Shown piece after piece: positions 11,385 to 22,032 of a stretch of 64,000 nucleotides of DNA. The DNA comes from Macrostomum lignano (taxonomy: Eukaryota): contig NIVC01001873.1 in the NCBI GenBank assembly GCA_002269645.1, forward strand, positions 163,124 to 227,123, written 5' to 3'. The position numbers and the translations under genes were made by a program. Under the pieces are notes generated by a model that worked only from the letters and a program-made list of their open reading frames with translations, had not been told where the DNA came from and searched no databases. The first letter of the stretch is position 1; every line of letters starts with the position of its first letter.

Positions 11385-11530
11385 TAGCCAATCAGAAAAT
11401 TCGGCGCTCATTTTAACAAAACGGCTCAGCCAATCAGAATCGACGTGTTCCGTTATAACAAACTGCGGTCCAGTTGGCGGCTATTTAAACCGGAGTTTTT
11501 GGCCCGCTCGGACGCAACTTCTTCTTACTT
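11385..11530 (+). promoter_or_regulatory. Pol II promoter-like cluster (two CCAAT boxes plus a TATA-like motif)
   Basis: AGCCAATCAG twice (~11396 and ~11428), then TATTTAAA (~11483), then a pyrimidine-rich TTCTTCTT about 30 nt downstream. It lies just upstream of duplicated unit A. Confidence 0.4.
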
Positions 11531-11695
11531 TGGCTCGGGCCCAGCGCGCAACTTCTGGTTCCCGGAGCACGACCGTCGTTTCTTGATCCCCGGATTGCAA
11601 CTTCCCCCATCATCATCAAGGACGAGTCCCCCGGTCGACAGCAGCGAACATCCAGTTAAGAGCATCACCTGCTAGCTAACAGCGAAGATTGTGAC

Positions 11696-12775
11696 AGCAT
11701 CATCCCGAGTCTACAGCTGCAGAGCATCGAGCCGATTCGGTCACTGGGAATACCTGGTCTCCGGCTGTTGAGTTTCTGATTGGTTGGGTGAGAGGCTACC
11801 TAGACTTGCTTGATTGGGTGATCCCTTTTCTGTCCCCTGTTGCAGTAGCTGAATTAGGCGCACACTTTTGCTCATTTTGTTCAGTAGTGCTGTTGCTGAG
11901 GCAGGAATCATTCAATAATACTGCCAGTAGTCTAAGACTCCAATTCAATCTAAAGTGTAAAGTGAATTAAGGAGAAGGTTAAATCTAACAGTTATCTTTG
12001 TCGGCTTTATTTCTTTGTTCGCCGATGGCTCAGATGAGTAGCTAAGCTAGTAGGCGCCGGTCACAGTGGACCAATGGCAAGGCAGTTCTCAGTCGACCAA
12101 TCTAACAAATCAGTGAGCAAAACTGCCAGAAGTGCAGAATCGGCGCCAGAGATGTACTTTGTGCACTCTAGGGTAGCCAAGCGGCTCGGGTAAATGAATC
12201 ATGCGGTCTCTGAAGTTCGAGTTAGCCTATCATCAGCGCTATGAGAGGCTAGTTGGCGCGTTGAAGGCTAAAAGTACATATCTTCGTATTTAGCAATGTA
12301 ATAGTACATGTAGCTACCCCATAGACTCGCCACCGCAAGAATCCCCTGCACAAGTCCCCTCTGTACCTGCATGGCCAACGCGATCTAGTCCCAGCAGTGT
12401 CCCTTATCATCGGCTATGACTTCGAGATTGACAGCAAAAAGACACCAGTTGGCAGGTAAGTGCAAAGCCCCTTCTAGTCGGAAGCCCGATTTCGAGAGTC
12501 CCGGTGTGGTGAGCCAGGGCGCACGGGCTGGTGGCAGCAAGTTAGTTGATCTGCGGATTAGCTAATTTCTACTTTCAAAATTCTCCCTGCTCGTCTCTCG
12601 CTGTCCCTCTCTTAGCTATAGGACCTAGACTGCTCGCCACACGATCAAGCTACCATGGGGCTGACCATCTGACAGGAGTGGGGGGCCAGGTCTCTAATTG
12701 ATTTATTTCTGAGCCTGAGGCCCGAAGGCTTCCCTAACAAGGAGCCCGAAGGTCGAAACCCATCACTTTGTTCAT
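11696..12775 (+). repeat. Diverged ~1.1 kb direct repeat, copy A
   Basis: Collinear with 13051-14130, e.g. ctgattggtt(g/t)ggtgagaggct, tcggctatgacttcgagatt, ggcaggtaagtgca, ctaccatg(g/a)ggctgaccatctgacaggagtg. Confidence 0.85.
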
Positions 12776-13050
12776 AACGATGATCATTAGGCTAAAGCTT
12801 AGGAATTTCTCTCCATTCTCTCATCTCGGCTAAGTTCTATACTAATTTATGCCATTACTATTAATTTTCTTAGGAACTCAATGTAATTCGCTTAGGATCC
12901 TAATTTTGAATTGTTTTTGCATTTTTGAAGGTCAGACTGTCTGGGTTCGAGACGGATTGACCTCCAACAGTCTAGACAGGCGACACTGTGAGGCCGCGTG
13001 AGAGCTATAAAAGGCGGCAACTCGACCCGCGCTCGAGAGAAAAAGGAGCA

Positions 13051-14130
13051 ACAGCATCCCATCTGAGCGCTTCGGTCTCTGTGGATTCCTTGGCTACCGG
13101 CAGATAGGTCCTCTGATTGGTTTGGTGAGAGGCTCTCTTGACCTGCTTAACTGGGTGCACCCTTTGTCTGACCCCTTCCTAGGTAGTCTGATATGATTTG
13201 CACTTTTACTTACTTGCTTTTGTGTGCCAATCTCAAGGCAGAAGTGTCAGTTAATAATAAAAGTAGCCATTTGCTCTACTCAATCTAAAGTGTTTAGGAT
13301 TGCGGATTAAGTGAGAAAGTTAAATCTGGAAGTTAAAGACTTAGCGTTTTCTTTCTTTTTCGCAATGCCAGCTGAGATGAGCGGCTAAATCTAGAGGCAG
13401 AGGTCACGGTGGACCGGAAGCGGCACAGTTCCCAGTCAATCAGACAATCTAAGAAATCATTGTGTTAAGCATGCAAATTAAGAGCCAGACTGGCGTTTTG
13501 GCGCGGTCACAGGCAGTTAAGCGGCTAAAGTAAGTTAAATATTAGTCTAACGATCTCCGAAAGTGACAATGCATCTACATCATCGCCATCTGTCGACGTG
13601 TTAACACATTTAGTGCCAAAAGCGTGCAGTTGCGTGTACTTTTACATGTACTTCTGGGAATTTGGTAATGAAATAGTACATTTAGTAGTGTATGAAGGCT
13701 CGCCAGCGCAAGAACCCCCCTGCAAAAGTCCTCTCTGTCCCTGTATGGCCAATGCGATCTTAGTCCTAGCAGCATCCCTTCTATTCGGCTATGACTTCGA
13801 GATTTAGACAGCTAAAAGACACTAGATGGCAGGTAAGTGCAGTGCCCCTCTAGTCGGAAGTCTGATTTCGATAGCTCCGGTTTGGTGAGCCGGGGCGCAC
13901 GGACTGGTGGCAGCGAGTTAGTTAATCCGCGGGTTAGCTAATTTCTACCTTTCAAATTCTCCCTGCTTGTCTCTCGCTGTCTTCTCCTAGCTATAGGACC
14001 TTGCTGCTCGCCCACAATCTAGCTACCATGAGGCTGACCATCTGACAGGAGTGAGAGGCCAGAGCTCTCAGTGATTCATTTCTGAGTTCTGCTGAGGCCC
14101 GAAGCTACAGGCTTAAAAAGGCCGAACCCA
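13051..14130 (+). repeat. Diverged ~1.1 kb direct repeat, copy B
   Basis: Collinear with 11696-12775 and preceded by CTATAAAAGG (~13005). Confidence 0.85.
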
Positions 14131-14499
14131 TCAAACTTTAAAATGAATAAAATTATTGTGAACTTTATTGCTTGCGCGTGAGCATCGATCGCTAATTTGA
14201 TTCACTTCTTTCCCAATATTTCGTATCTTTCTGCTGCGCCTGCATGCTAATGCTACTGAAACAGCCTTCCTATTCGTATTTTATTATTAACTAATTAACT
14301 TTCAAGTTTTAAATAAACGAGTTACTTCTTTTACCGTATGCTTGCTTTTAGTAGTATTATACGCGGAGGTTTTTAAAATTATTTTCTATTACTTTCTTAG
14401 CTTGTAAATCGCTTAGATGAGCTCTGTGATTTCGCTAAAAAGGTGGAAAATCAAAGACAGTGCATTATGGAAGTCTGTTTTGGAAAAAAGTGCAAGATT

Positions 14500-14664
14500 T
14501 CTGTATTTTCTGTGTTAACTTTAACGGATTAACTCTTATTAACGATTATCAGTTAACTTTCAGTTTACTTAACGAAATTAATAGTTAATAAGTTAAGATT
14601 TTTTTCTTTTAACGCTTTTGCCATTAACGGAAGTTAAGATTTTCATTAACGGTGCCCAACACTG
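14500..14664. mobile_element. Probable end fragment of a hAT-type MITE
   Basis: Dense TTAAC/GTTAA subterminal motifs ending in GCCCAACACTG (reverse complement CAGTGTTGGGC). The other terminus was not found. Confidence 0.4.
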
Positions 14665-15356
14665 CAATATTCGTTGTGGTGACAGATGAATGAATGAATG
14701 CGTGATGCGTCCTTGGCTTGGTGAAATGCGCCTTAATTTATTCCATATATATATTTGTATAATCTATTTTTGCAATAAAAGTAATTAGATATATTATTTA
14801 AACTGGATGGACTCGAATTCTGGAACGACTACGCTACCCTAGAACTACCACGGCCGCGCGCCTATAGAAACCAGCTAACACCAAACACAGCGCATTCGCG
14901 TTTCAAACGATACGAATTAACATACAGTAAAACAATAGTAATAAAGTACGTACAGTAAGTATCGCGGAAAAGAAAACACTACTGAATAAAAAACTGACAA
15001 AAATAATTAATAAATAATTTCCAGGAACGCAGGATACATTATAAAAAGTACATACATTCAAATGATGCGTAAAACTTTACAAGAATTTGTATATCGCTGC
15101 ACGACAATTAACAACTAACTTGCCAGCAAGCTTGCTTCTTACAAATTTTACGAAAGTCGGTGCGCTTCTTATATCTTAAGAACCAGGTCCATTCTGTTTC
15201 AGTTAAAGTTTAAAATTATTCTTGAAAAATTCGAAGGACCTAATCAACCGCTTCTGCTCTTGTGTAGCTGTAGCTACTCATTTTCTATTTCATCCCAGCA
15301 ATAAACACTGACTTACAGTTGCTAAGGCTAAGCTATCGACTTGATTGAAATCTTAA

Positions 15357-15517
15357 ATGTCTCGTGGTTCAAAGACAGTTTATGTTGGGAACCTGCCACC
15401 TGACGTCCGATCTAAGGACATTCGTGATTTGTTCGACAAATATGGAAACATTCGTGAAATTGATTTAAAAAATAGCAGGGGACCACCTTTTGCATTTATT
15501 GAATTCGATGATGAAAG
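15357..15517 (+). CDS. SRSF1: First coding exon of an SRSF1/SRSF9-like SR splicing factor (RRM1 N-terminal part)
   Basis: Translates to [53 protein letters not shown](R), with RNP2 (VYVGNL) and RNP1 (PPFAFIEF) as in SRSF1. It ends at a phase-2 donor AG|GTAATT, the position I recall for vertebrate SRSF1 intron 1. An upstream acceptor CTGACTTACAG| at 15318 and donor |GTAAGT at 14955 suggest a 5'UTR intron. Not visible in the ORF track because the exon is short. Confidence 0.92.
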
Positions 15518-17393
15518 GTAATTTTATTACAAAATGGAAATTATTGTACGTCTAAGCCTAGATGATTATTTGAGTGTTTGGAGTCCATAAGACTATACCT
15601 ATAGGTGATCTTCCAGTTTGTTTTGCAGTATTATTCGCTTGTTTATTTTAGTTTAAAATGGTGCATCAATGTAGTGAAACATCAGAAAACGATACCTACG
15701 GCCAAAAGGGATGTGAAATAGAAGCAGACGAGTAACAGTAACAGTTGGGGGGAAGAGGATCTGGTTACAGAGGATAATAATGCAACCCCCAATATAGCAC
15801 AGTGCCAAATGCTGCGTCAGGGTATAGGCGGTGCCACAGAAATTCCTCAGGCAGCCAGTGAAATCAGAATGTCTTTAACAGAGCTAGGCCTATTTTGCAT
15901 CCCTTTTGGCCATAGATATCATTTTCTGATGTGTCATTATGTTGTAGCACCAATTCAAACTTGAGAATAACATTGCAAAACAAATTAGAAGATTGCCAAT
16001 CTATAATATGTACCTGAGTTGCATTTAACTAGGCCTATAACTATATATTGTATTAACTAGGCCTATAAGATGCATTATATCTTATAGAGATAGGCATAAT
16101 AAATAAATATACTTAAAGACTTTAAGTATGGTCCAACAGAGCTAGACTTTTGGATATAAATTAAGTACTTAGGTCTAGTCAAGTTTTTTGACAAGTTGAG
16201 TAAGGCTTTTCTAGTTTTTTAAATGCAATCATAAGAATAGGGCCCAATGACTATTTTCATATAGTTTGTTATTTTATAGTTAATATAATAGGCTTACTAC
16301 TTACTGGCAATCTCCAAGTTTGTTGCATTAAACTATATTTCAGTTTTTTTCATATAAAGATAGTTGCAACAGGTGGAATACAAGGGTGCAAGCATGCAGC
16401 CCATTTTGGTAAAGTTTTTTTTTGAAAGATGCTCCAGCCAAAGTGAATTTTTAATTTGCATAAATGGACATTTTGGCAAAAGAAAGTGACCAGTTTGGTG
16501 AAAAGATAGACTATTTATAATTGTAAATATACCACTAATTGGTGATTATAGCTTTTAATAAATTATTCATTGCCCACCTTGCATATATTTGCAGTTTGTA
16601 TATTAAAAAACTTACAACTTAGCTAGTAGCTATGTTATGTATATATACAAAGTGCAATAAATGGATTAGTTATTAGATGTCATTGTCTTTTTGTTCATTT
16701 CTAAATTGTACTTAGAAATCCTACCATAAGGGTAATGTGGCATATGCATGCTAGAATTAAATTTGGGAAGAGGCCCCTAGGCCCTATGTACACCAAGTAT
16801 GCCAAAAATTGGAAATTTGATTGTCATATATGCCAAAATTTAAAAATTATACAACTTTACTTTTGTGCTGCAACAATAAATGACCTTTTTCCATTTTTGC
16901 ATTTGATATTTGTATTTACATTATAACAAAATAAGTGTTGTGTCTATTTTTCCTTTATAATAACTTGCATTTAGGCGAAGTCTTAGTATATAAATTATTT
17001 TAAATAGCATTATCACATTCTATTAACATTATTTTTCTTTTCATTTGCACTCCCATCATCTTTTAACCACAACCTTTTTATTTGAATTGTTGATACAGTT
17101 TTTGTTACAGAAACTAAAGATACTTACATTTTCAAATAGCTTTGTATGCCACTTTCTTGTATGCCAAATGTATGCTAACTAAACTATTGAGGGGCCAATG
17201 CAGGTTAGAATTTTCAAGCAAAAAGGCCACTTTCCTGAGTATGGCATAAGGGAACAACACCTAAGAAAACAACATTTTACAAATAAAATAACAAAATTGT
17301 CATAGAATAAAAAACATATCCTAATAAATGTCTTTATAAAGTCTATCTTTTTATTTAGAAAGCTTAATATCAACATTTGAATATGATTGCAAT

Positions 17394-17451
17394 TTCTAAC
17401 AACTTCAACGCATTTCGCACGCCATGGTGCATCGTCAGGATTTTATTATAA
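17394..17451 (-). ncRNA. Minimal type I hammerhead ribozyme motif in the PLE 3' end
   Basis: CUGACGA-U-GCAC(CAUGGC)GUGC-GAAA-UGC-GUU|. Stem I is formed by flanking ...UUAUAAUAAAAUC and GAAGUUGUUAGAA with one internal 2x2 loop. Predicted cleavage between 17407 and 17406. Confidence 0.75.
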
Positions 17452-17794
17452 CGATTTGAGAAATTGAGATTGAAAGCAATTGATTAAATATTGGTTTTTG
17501 CAACGTACACAGGTAAGGAGGGTAAGATTGAAAACAATTGATTACAACTTGGCTTTAACAACATACATAGGTATAGTAGGTAGGAGAGAGAATTATAGAT
17601 TGAGATTGAAAGTTAAACCAAATGTACACAATCCTTGTCCAGTGGTCAAAAGGCAAAATCAGGGGCGGTAGCTTAAGTAATTGAACGTCAAGCTAAGTGT
17701 ACACAGCGTGCACAACTGTGTCATTCACTGTTCAGAAAATGTGGAGAATGTGACCTACACCACTATGTTGTAATTGGGTGTTGAGATTTGGGGT

Positions 17795-18787
17795 CTAAGC
17801 TTTTATGTGCAGGGCCTCGAGAATTCTAAGTTTGGCATCAGTATGGCTTTGGTCAATGATTTTAAAGTGTTCTTCTTGTTTGCAGTCATTGCAGTTAGTG
17901 CATTCAAGGAGGTGAGTTTGTATAGCAGATGGTTTGAGCCAGTGTTCCCTGATCCTCGTGTGTAGGTGTCTTGGTTTTCCCCATGTAGGAGACGCTCTGC
18001 GGCTCTGGTCCACAGAGCAGTTAAATTGGTAGACAACACCTGCACACAGAGTACAAGGAACACGCGACTTTAATCTGCTAACAAAGTTCCCAATCTTGTT
18101 CGTGTGGAAGATGACCCGGATGTTACAATTGAAAGAGGCAAAGAATAACCTACGCATTCTGTTTTTAAAGGCTAGAGATGGAGGTCCAAGGAAGGGGAGA
18201 TGCAGAATGGGTTCAAATTCTTCAGTGGTAACAGATTGCTCAGGTTTTTGTTTGGTGATTTTGTCCGAGATGAACTTGTTGATGATTTTTTGAACCAGAC
18301 AAATGGGGTAGTCATTTTCATGGAACAGTCTGGTGAGGAACTGCACCTCCCGGTCAAAGTTGATCCAGGTGTTACAGGTAGTGAAAGCTCTATGGAGCAA
18401 ACACCTCACGAGCCCAGTTTTCCATTGTCTGGGGCAAGTGGCTTGGAAGTTGAGAATGAGATTGGTAAAGCTTTTCTTATGGAAGACTTTTGTGGAGAGG
18501 GTTTCCTTACTGTAGTCAATGTCAATGTCCAGGAAGGGGAGTCTTTGGTCAACAGCATGTTCAACCGTGAATTTTATGTTCTTATGAGTGGAGTTGAGAG
18601 CGTGGAGGAACTGATCAATTTTTTGCTCCTGATCAAAGATGGCAAACATATTGTCGACGTAGCGCCTGTAGAATTTGGGGGCACAGTTGAGAGACATCCA
18701 GTTTTCAGTTTCCCAGTGGGCCAAGCAGACATTCGCCAGAGTGGGGGCCAAGGGGCTTCCCATGGCATAGCCATCAACTTGCCTATA
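17795..18787 (-). pseudogene. Penelope-like RT C-terminal half plus GIY-YIG endonuclease, decayed
   Basis: YRQVDGYAMGSPL (RT4), RYVDN (RT5; catalytic DD changed to DN), LPFLD, HKKSFT, GVVYQFNC, RIREH, LEALHI. The YMGKT half of the GIY-YIG motif lies in another frame between two compensating frameshifts (~17965-18010). Confidence 0.9.
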
Positions 18788-18974
18788 GTATAACTTGCCT
18801 AACTTGCCTAACTTTCAATCTCAATCAGTAATTCTCTCTCCTACCTACTGTACCTATGTATGTTGTTAAAGCCAAGTTGTAATCAATTGTTTTCAATCTT
18901 ACCCTCCTTACCTGTGTACGTTGCAAAAAAACCAATATTTAATTAATTGCTTTCAATCTCAATTTCTCAAATCG

Positions 18975-19032
18975 TTATAATAAAATCCTGACAATGCACC
19001 ATGGCGTGCGAAATGCGTTGAAGTTGTTAGAA
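18975..19032 (+). ncRNA. Inverted hammerhead copy with a core mutation (CUGACAA, G8 to A)
   Basis: Same as the 17394-17451 motif in stem II and the GAAA/GUU region, but CTGACAA at 18988-18994. Confidence 0.7.
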
Positions 19033-19320
19033 ATTGCAATCATATTCAAAATTCAAATGTTGATATTAAGCTTTCTATTTATTCTTCCCGCCAAGCAAGC
19101 AACTCTACCAGCATTCTATCTTTTTATTTTAAATTTTTATAAAACAATAGGAATTCTTTACTTTTTGCCAAAGCTTAGAATTATCTCTACAAATCATTTA
19201 CCAAAATAGCCAGCTTTAGATGAAATGGTCATTGCAAAAGTATTTTTTGCCAATATTGACTTTTGCCAAAAATTCCTTTGCCAAAGTGGTTTGAAACCAA
19301 ATGTGTAGCAACATGCTTGG

Positions 19321-19476
19321 GCGCAACCTAGGGATTCACCTAGCCATTTCTATTGGCAACACACACACATAAGTCGCTATTGGACAGAATAGTAGTCACA
19401 TGACTGCTCTTAGCCAATAGCGGCTTATATGTGTGTGATGCCAATAGAAATGGCCAAGTGATTCCCAAAGTTGCGC
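19321..19476. repeat. 156-bp imperfect palindrome (foldback / palindromic MITE-like)
   Basis: Arms such as gcgcaac..gccatttctattggca..cacacac.ataag.cgctattgg match the reverse complement of the right half. Centre is AGTCA-CA-TGACT. Confidence 0.9.
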
Positions 19477-19911
19477 ATGTATGAATAGCAAGCATATTGT
19501 AAGTGTTATTATCAAATAAGTATTATATTAGTTAATAGTAATAGTAATAATAGTAAGCCATCTAGTACAAGAAGTTTCCAAAACCTTTCTTAAAATAGGT
19601 GGTATCATAATGGCCAAATAGCAAATAGTTGACATCTCGTTGATATCCTATTGACATCTTATCCAATAGCATACATGCCCAACACCTGTCCAACCTGTCT
19701 GAACTAGATAGTTGAAATGGCCACCAGCTAAGGTAAGTTGCAAAATTAAAAATGCAAAAAAAACAAAAAATTGGAGAAAGAAAAAAAGGAGAAGAAGAGA
19801 AAAGGAAAAGAAAGAAGGGAGAAGAAAAAGAGGGGAAAGAGGAAAGAAAAAGAGAAGAAAAGAGAAAAAGGCAAGAAAAGTCATATACAATATGAAAATT
19901 AAATCCCAATC

Positions 19912-20020
19912 AGGGAACTAAGTTGCAATTAGGAGGAACTAAGTTGCAGTTAGGAGGAACTAAGTTGCAGTTAGGAGGAACTAAGTCACAATTGGGAGGA
20001 ACTAAGTTGCAATTGGGAGA
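19912..20020. repeat. 21-bp minisatellite (GGAGGAACTAAGTTGCAGTTA)n
   Basis: About 5 copies; explains the NCNLVPP repeat ORF. Confidence 0.9.
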
Positions 20021-20425
20021 TTTTTCTGCCTGTTGTCTAGGCATTGCAATAGTGTATCTAGGCATTATATATATGGCAAATTTTCTAAGGCATGATACAT
20101 AGAAGGCTCCAATTTGTGTGCAGCACAATGGTGTTAGAAGAAATTGTTTCTTGCCCATGGTTTTAGTAAACTTGTAAGTCCAACTTGACTTCCTGTCATC
20201 ATAGATGCTTTATCTGTTGTAACAGCCCATAGTCTTATGAAACAACTGTCATAATACTATCTTAAGTAAATAAATCTTTTATCATACAATGCTTTGTCTT
20301 ATTTCTGACTGACAGTTGCTTAAATCTATAGAAGTACATTATTAGTTTGCTCTTCTCAAGCATCCAGAAGTATATCATTAGGTAACTGTTTATATTACTA
20401 TATATCTTTTTCTTGGAGGACTCAC

Positions 20426-20983
20426 TTCTTTGGCCATCAGTCTCAGTCTCCAAATCTGAGTCCAAATGAATGGCTGTATGTGATCGTTGGATCTGGGCTT
20501 CAGTATCAGCATCAATTGATAAGCAACATTCTATAGCAATATATTCAACATGAGCATTGCGCCATCGTACAAATTCTGTCTCAAGACATCTAGTTTCTTC
20601 ATTCATTTCAAAAGCAGCTTTTCTTTCAGCTGACATTACTCGAGAAGAGCAATATGTGTGGGTTGTTACATCTGCACTATGAATCTCAATTTTTCCATTC
20701 TGCACAGCTAGATCTCTTTTAGAAGCAACAACCTCTAGATTTTGCATTGCCATTAACAGTCTCTCTCTGTGTGAGCTTGCTGAACATTGGGATGGTGGTG
20801 TTTCTAGTTTCCTTGAATGCACTGCAGCTGCACCATCAACTGATCCCTGGGCTGCACTTAAGATTGTTGGTAAATTTTCTTCTACATGTAATATCAAATG
20901 TGTACTAGAACAATCATCAACTTCTCTAGAAGTTATACAACCAACTTTCCATTGTGTAAAGAGCAATAGCTTTTGCTCTTCAG
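20426..20983 (-). CDS. Putative internal coding exon of an unidentified gene (558 nt, phase 1-1)
   Basis: Lies within a 705-nt open frame in AT-rich, non-repetitive DNA. Acceptor CCCTCTTTCTGCAG| at 20983 and donor GAA|GTGAGT at 20426 give a length divisible by 3. No recognisable domain. Confidence 0.4.
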
Positions 20984-22032
20984 CTGCAGAAAGAGGGCAC
21001 TGGTTGATAGAATAGTCTTCATGGCCTTTTCATCCCATTCACATGCAGGATTCAGTATATAGTCAGGTGTAGGTCTATCTTTAAGTTAAGTATATAATGA
21101 CTCGAGGAATATACACCTATATATATGAGTGCACAGTGTACATATACAAGTTAGTCTGTCACATACAGTACAGTATGTAGAGTGTAATCTACAGGGTATA
21201 GGCTACAGTGCAGTTTAGTACTGCAGTCTGCAATGCTGCATAAGTTGAATGATAAATCAATTGGGAAAGAGAGTGAGGGCAGGAGAAAGGGAAGAGAAAT
21301 GAGGTACTTCCATTCTTCAATAAGCACAAGCATGCAAGGCATGCTACCCCCCCCCCCCCCCCCCCAGTCCTTCAGTGTGGTGGCACATAGATAAGTCACA
21401 AATCTGGACAAAACTATGTTGCACTGGATGGGTGAAATTTTGAGGTTAAGCATGTATGTCTAACAGTGCAAGCTTTTATAGGTTAAGGCTAATATCAATA
21501 AGCTTGGTAGTCAGCCTCCGGTTGGCTTTAGGCCATTGCAAAGTTGGCTAATTTAAATGTATGATGTACATTCATTACATATGGCAAAGTTCTGTTGAAT
21601 TGACTGATTAGATAAGATAAGCATTTTGACTTGTCATTGTGTCTATGTAAAAGTTCTTTATAATGGCTTTAAGAAATCAGACAGAAATAAGTCTCATTTA
21701 TATGGCCTTTGGGTGTAGCCTAGCTAATGCATTTATTTTTCATTAAATGAATTTTCAATATATAAAGAATAGTTCAATTTAACAAAATATATTACATTTT
21801 AAACATATTTATATAGTACGAGGCCAACTCCTCCGTTGGAGGAGAAAGGGGAAGAACTCCCATCATCGGAATCCATCAGCTGAATCCTATGACCCGAATC
21901 CCATCATCCAAGGTCTCTCTAAAATCCATCAAATTCCTCTCCATGAAACAGAAATCCATTAAAATCCTCTCTTTTAAACAGATTTTTATTCATAAAAACT
22001 CTCTCAGTCAAACAGATATTGATCAAAACTCT

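Larger units (their letters stand above)
17356..19077 (-). mobile_element. 5'-truncated Penelope-like element (EN+) with an inverted copy of its 3' end
   Basis: RT/GIY-YIG ORF flanked by ~260-bp inverted arms, 17356-17615 and 18809-19077. An inverted pseudo-LTR arrangement is characteristic of PLEs. Confidence 0.9.

Noticed and set aside
18096-18793. 197-aa plus-strand ORF and other short ORFs over the PLE
   Set aside because: Antisense shadows of the RT ORF with no independent motif.
19712-19921. Lys/Arg/Glu-rich ORF resembling a nuclear protein or SR-protein exon
   Set aside because: Comes from a GA-rich low-complexity patch; there is no RS dipeptide tract or RRM continuation.
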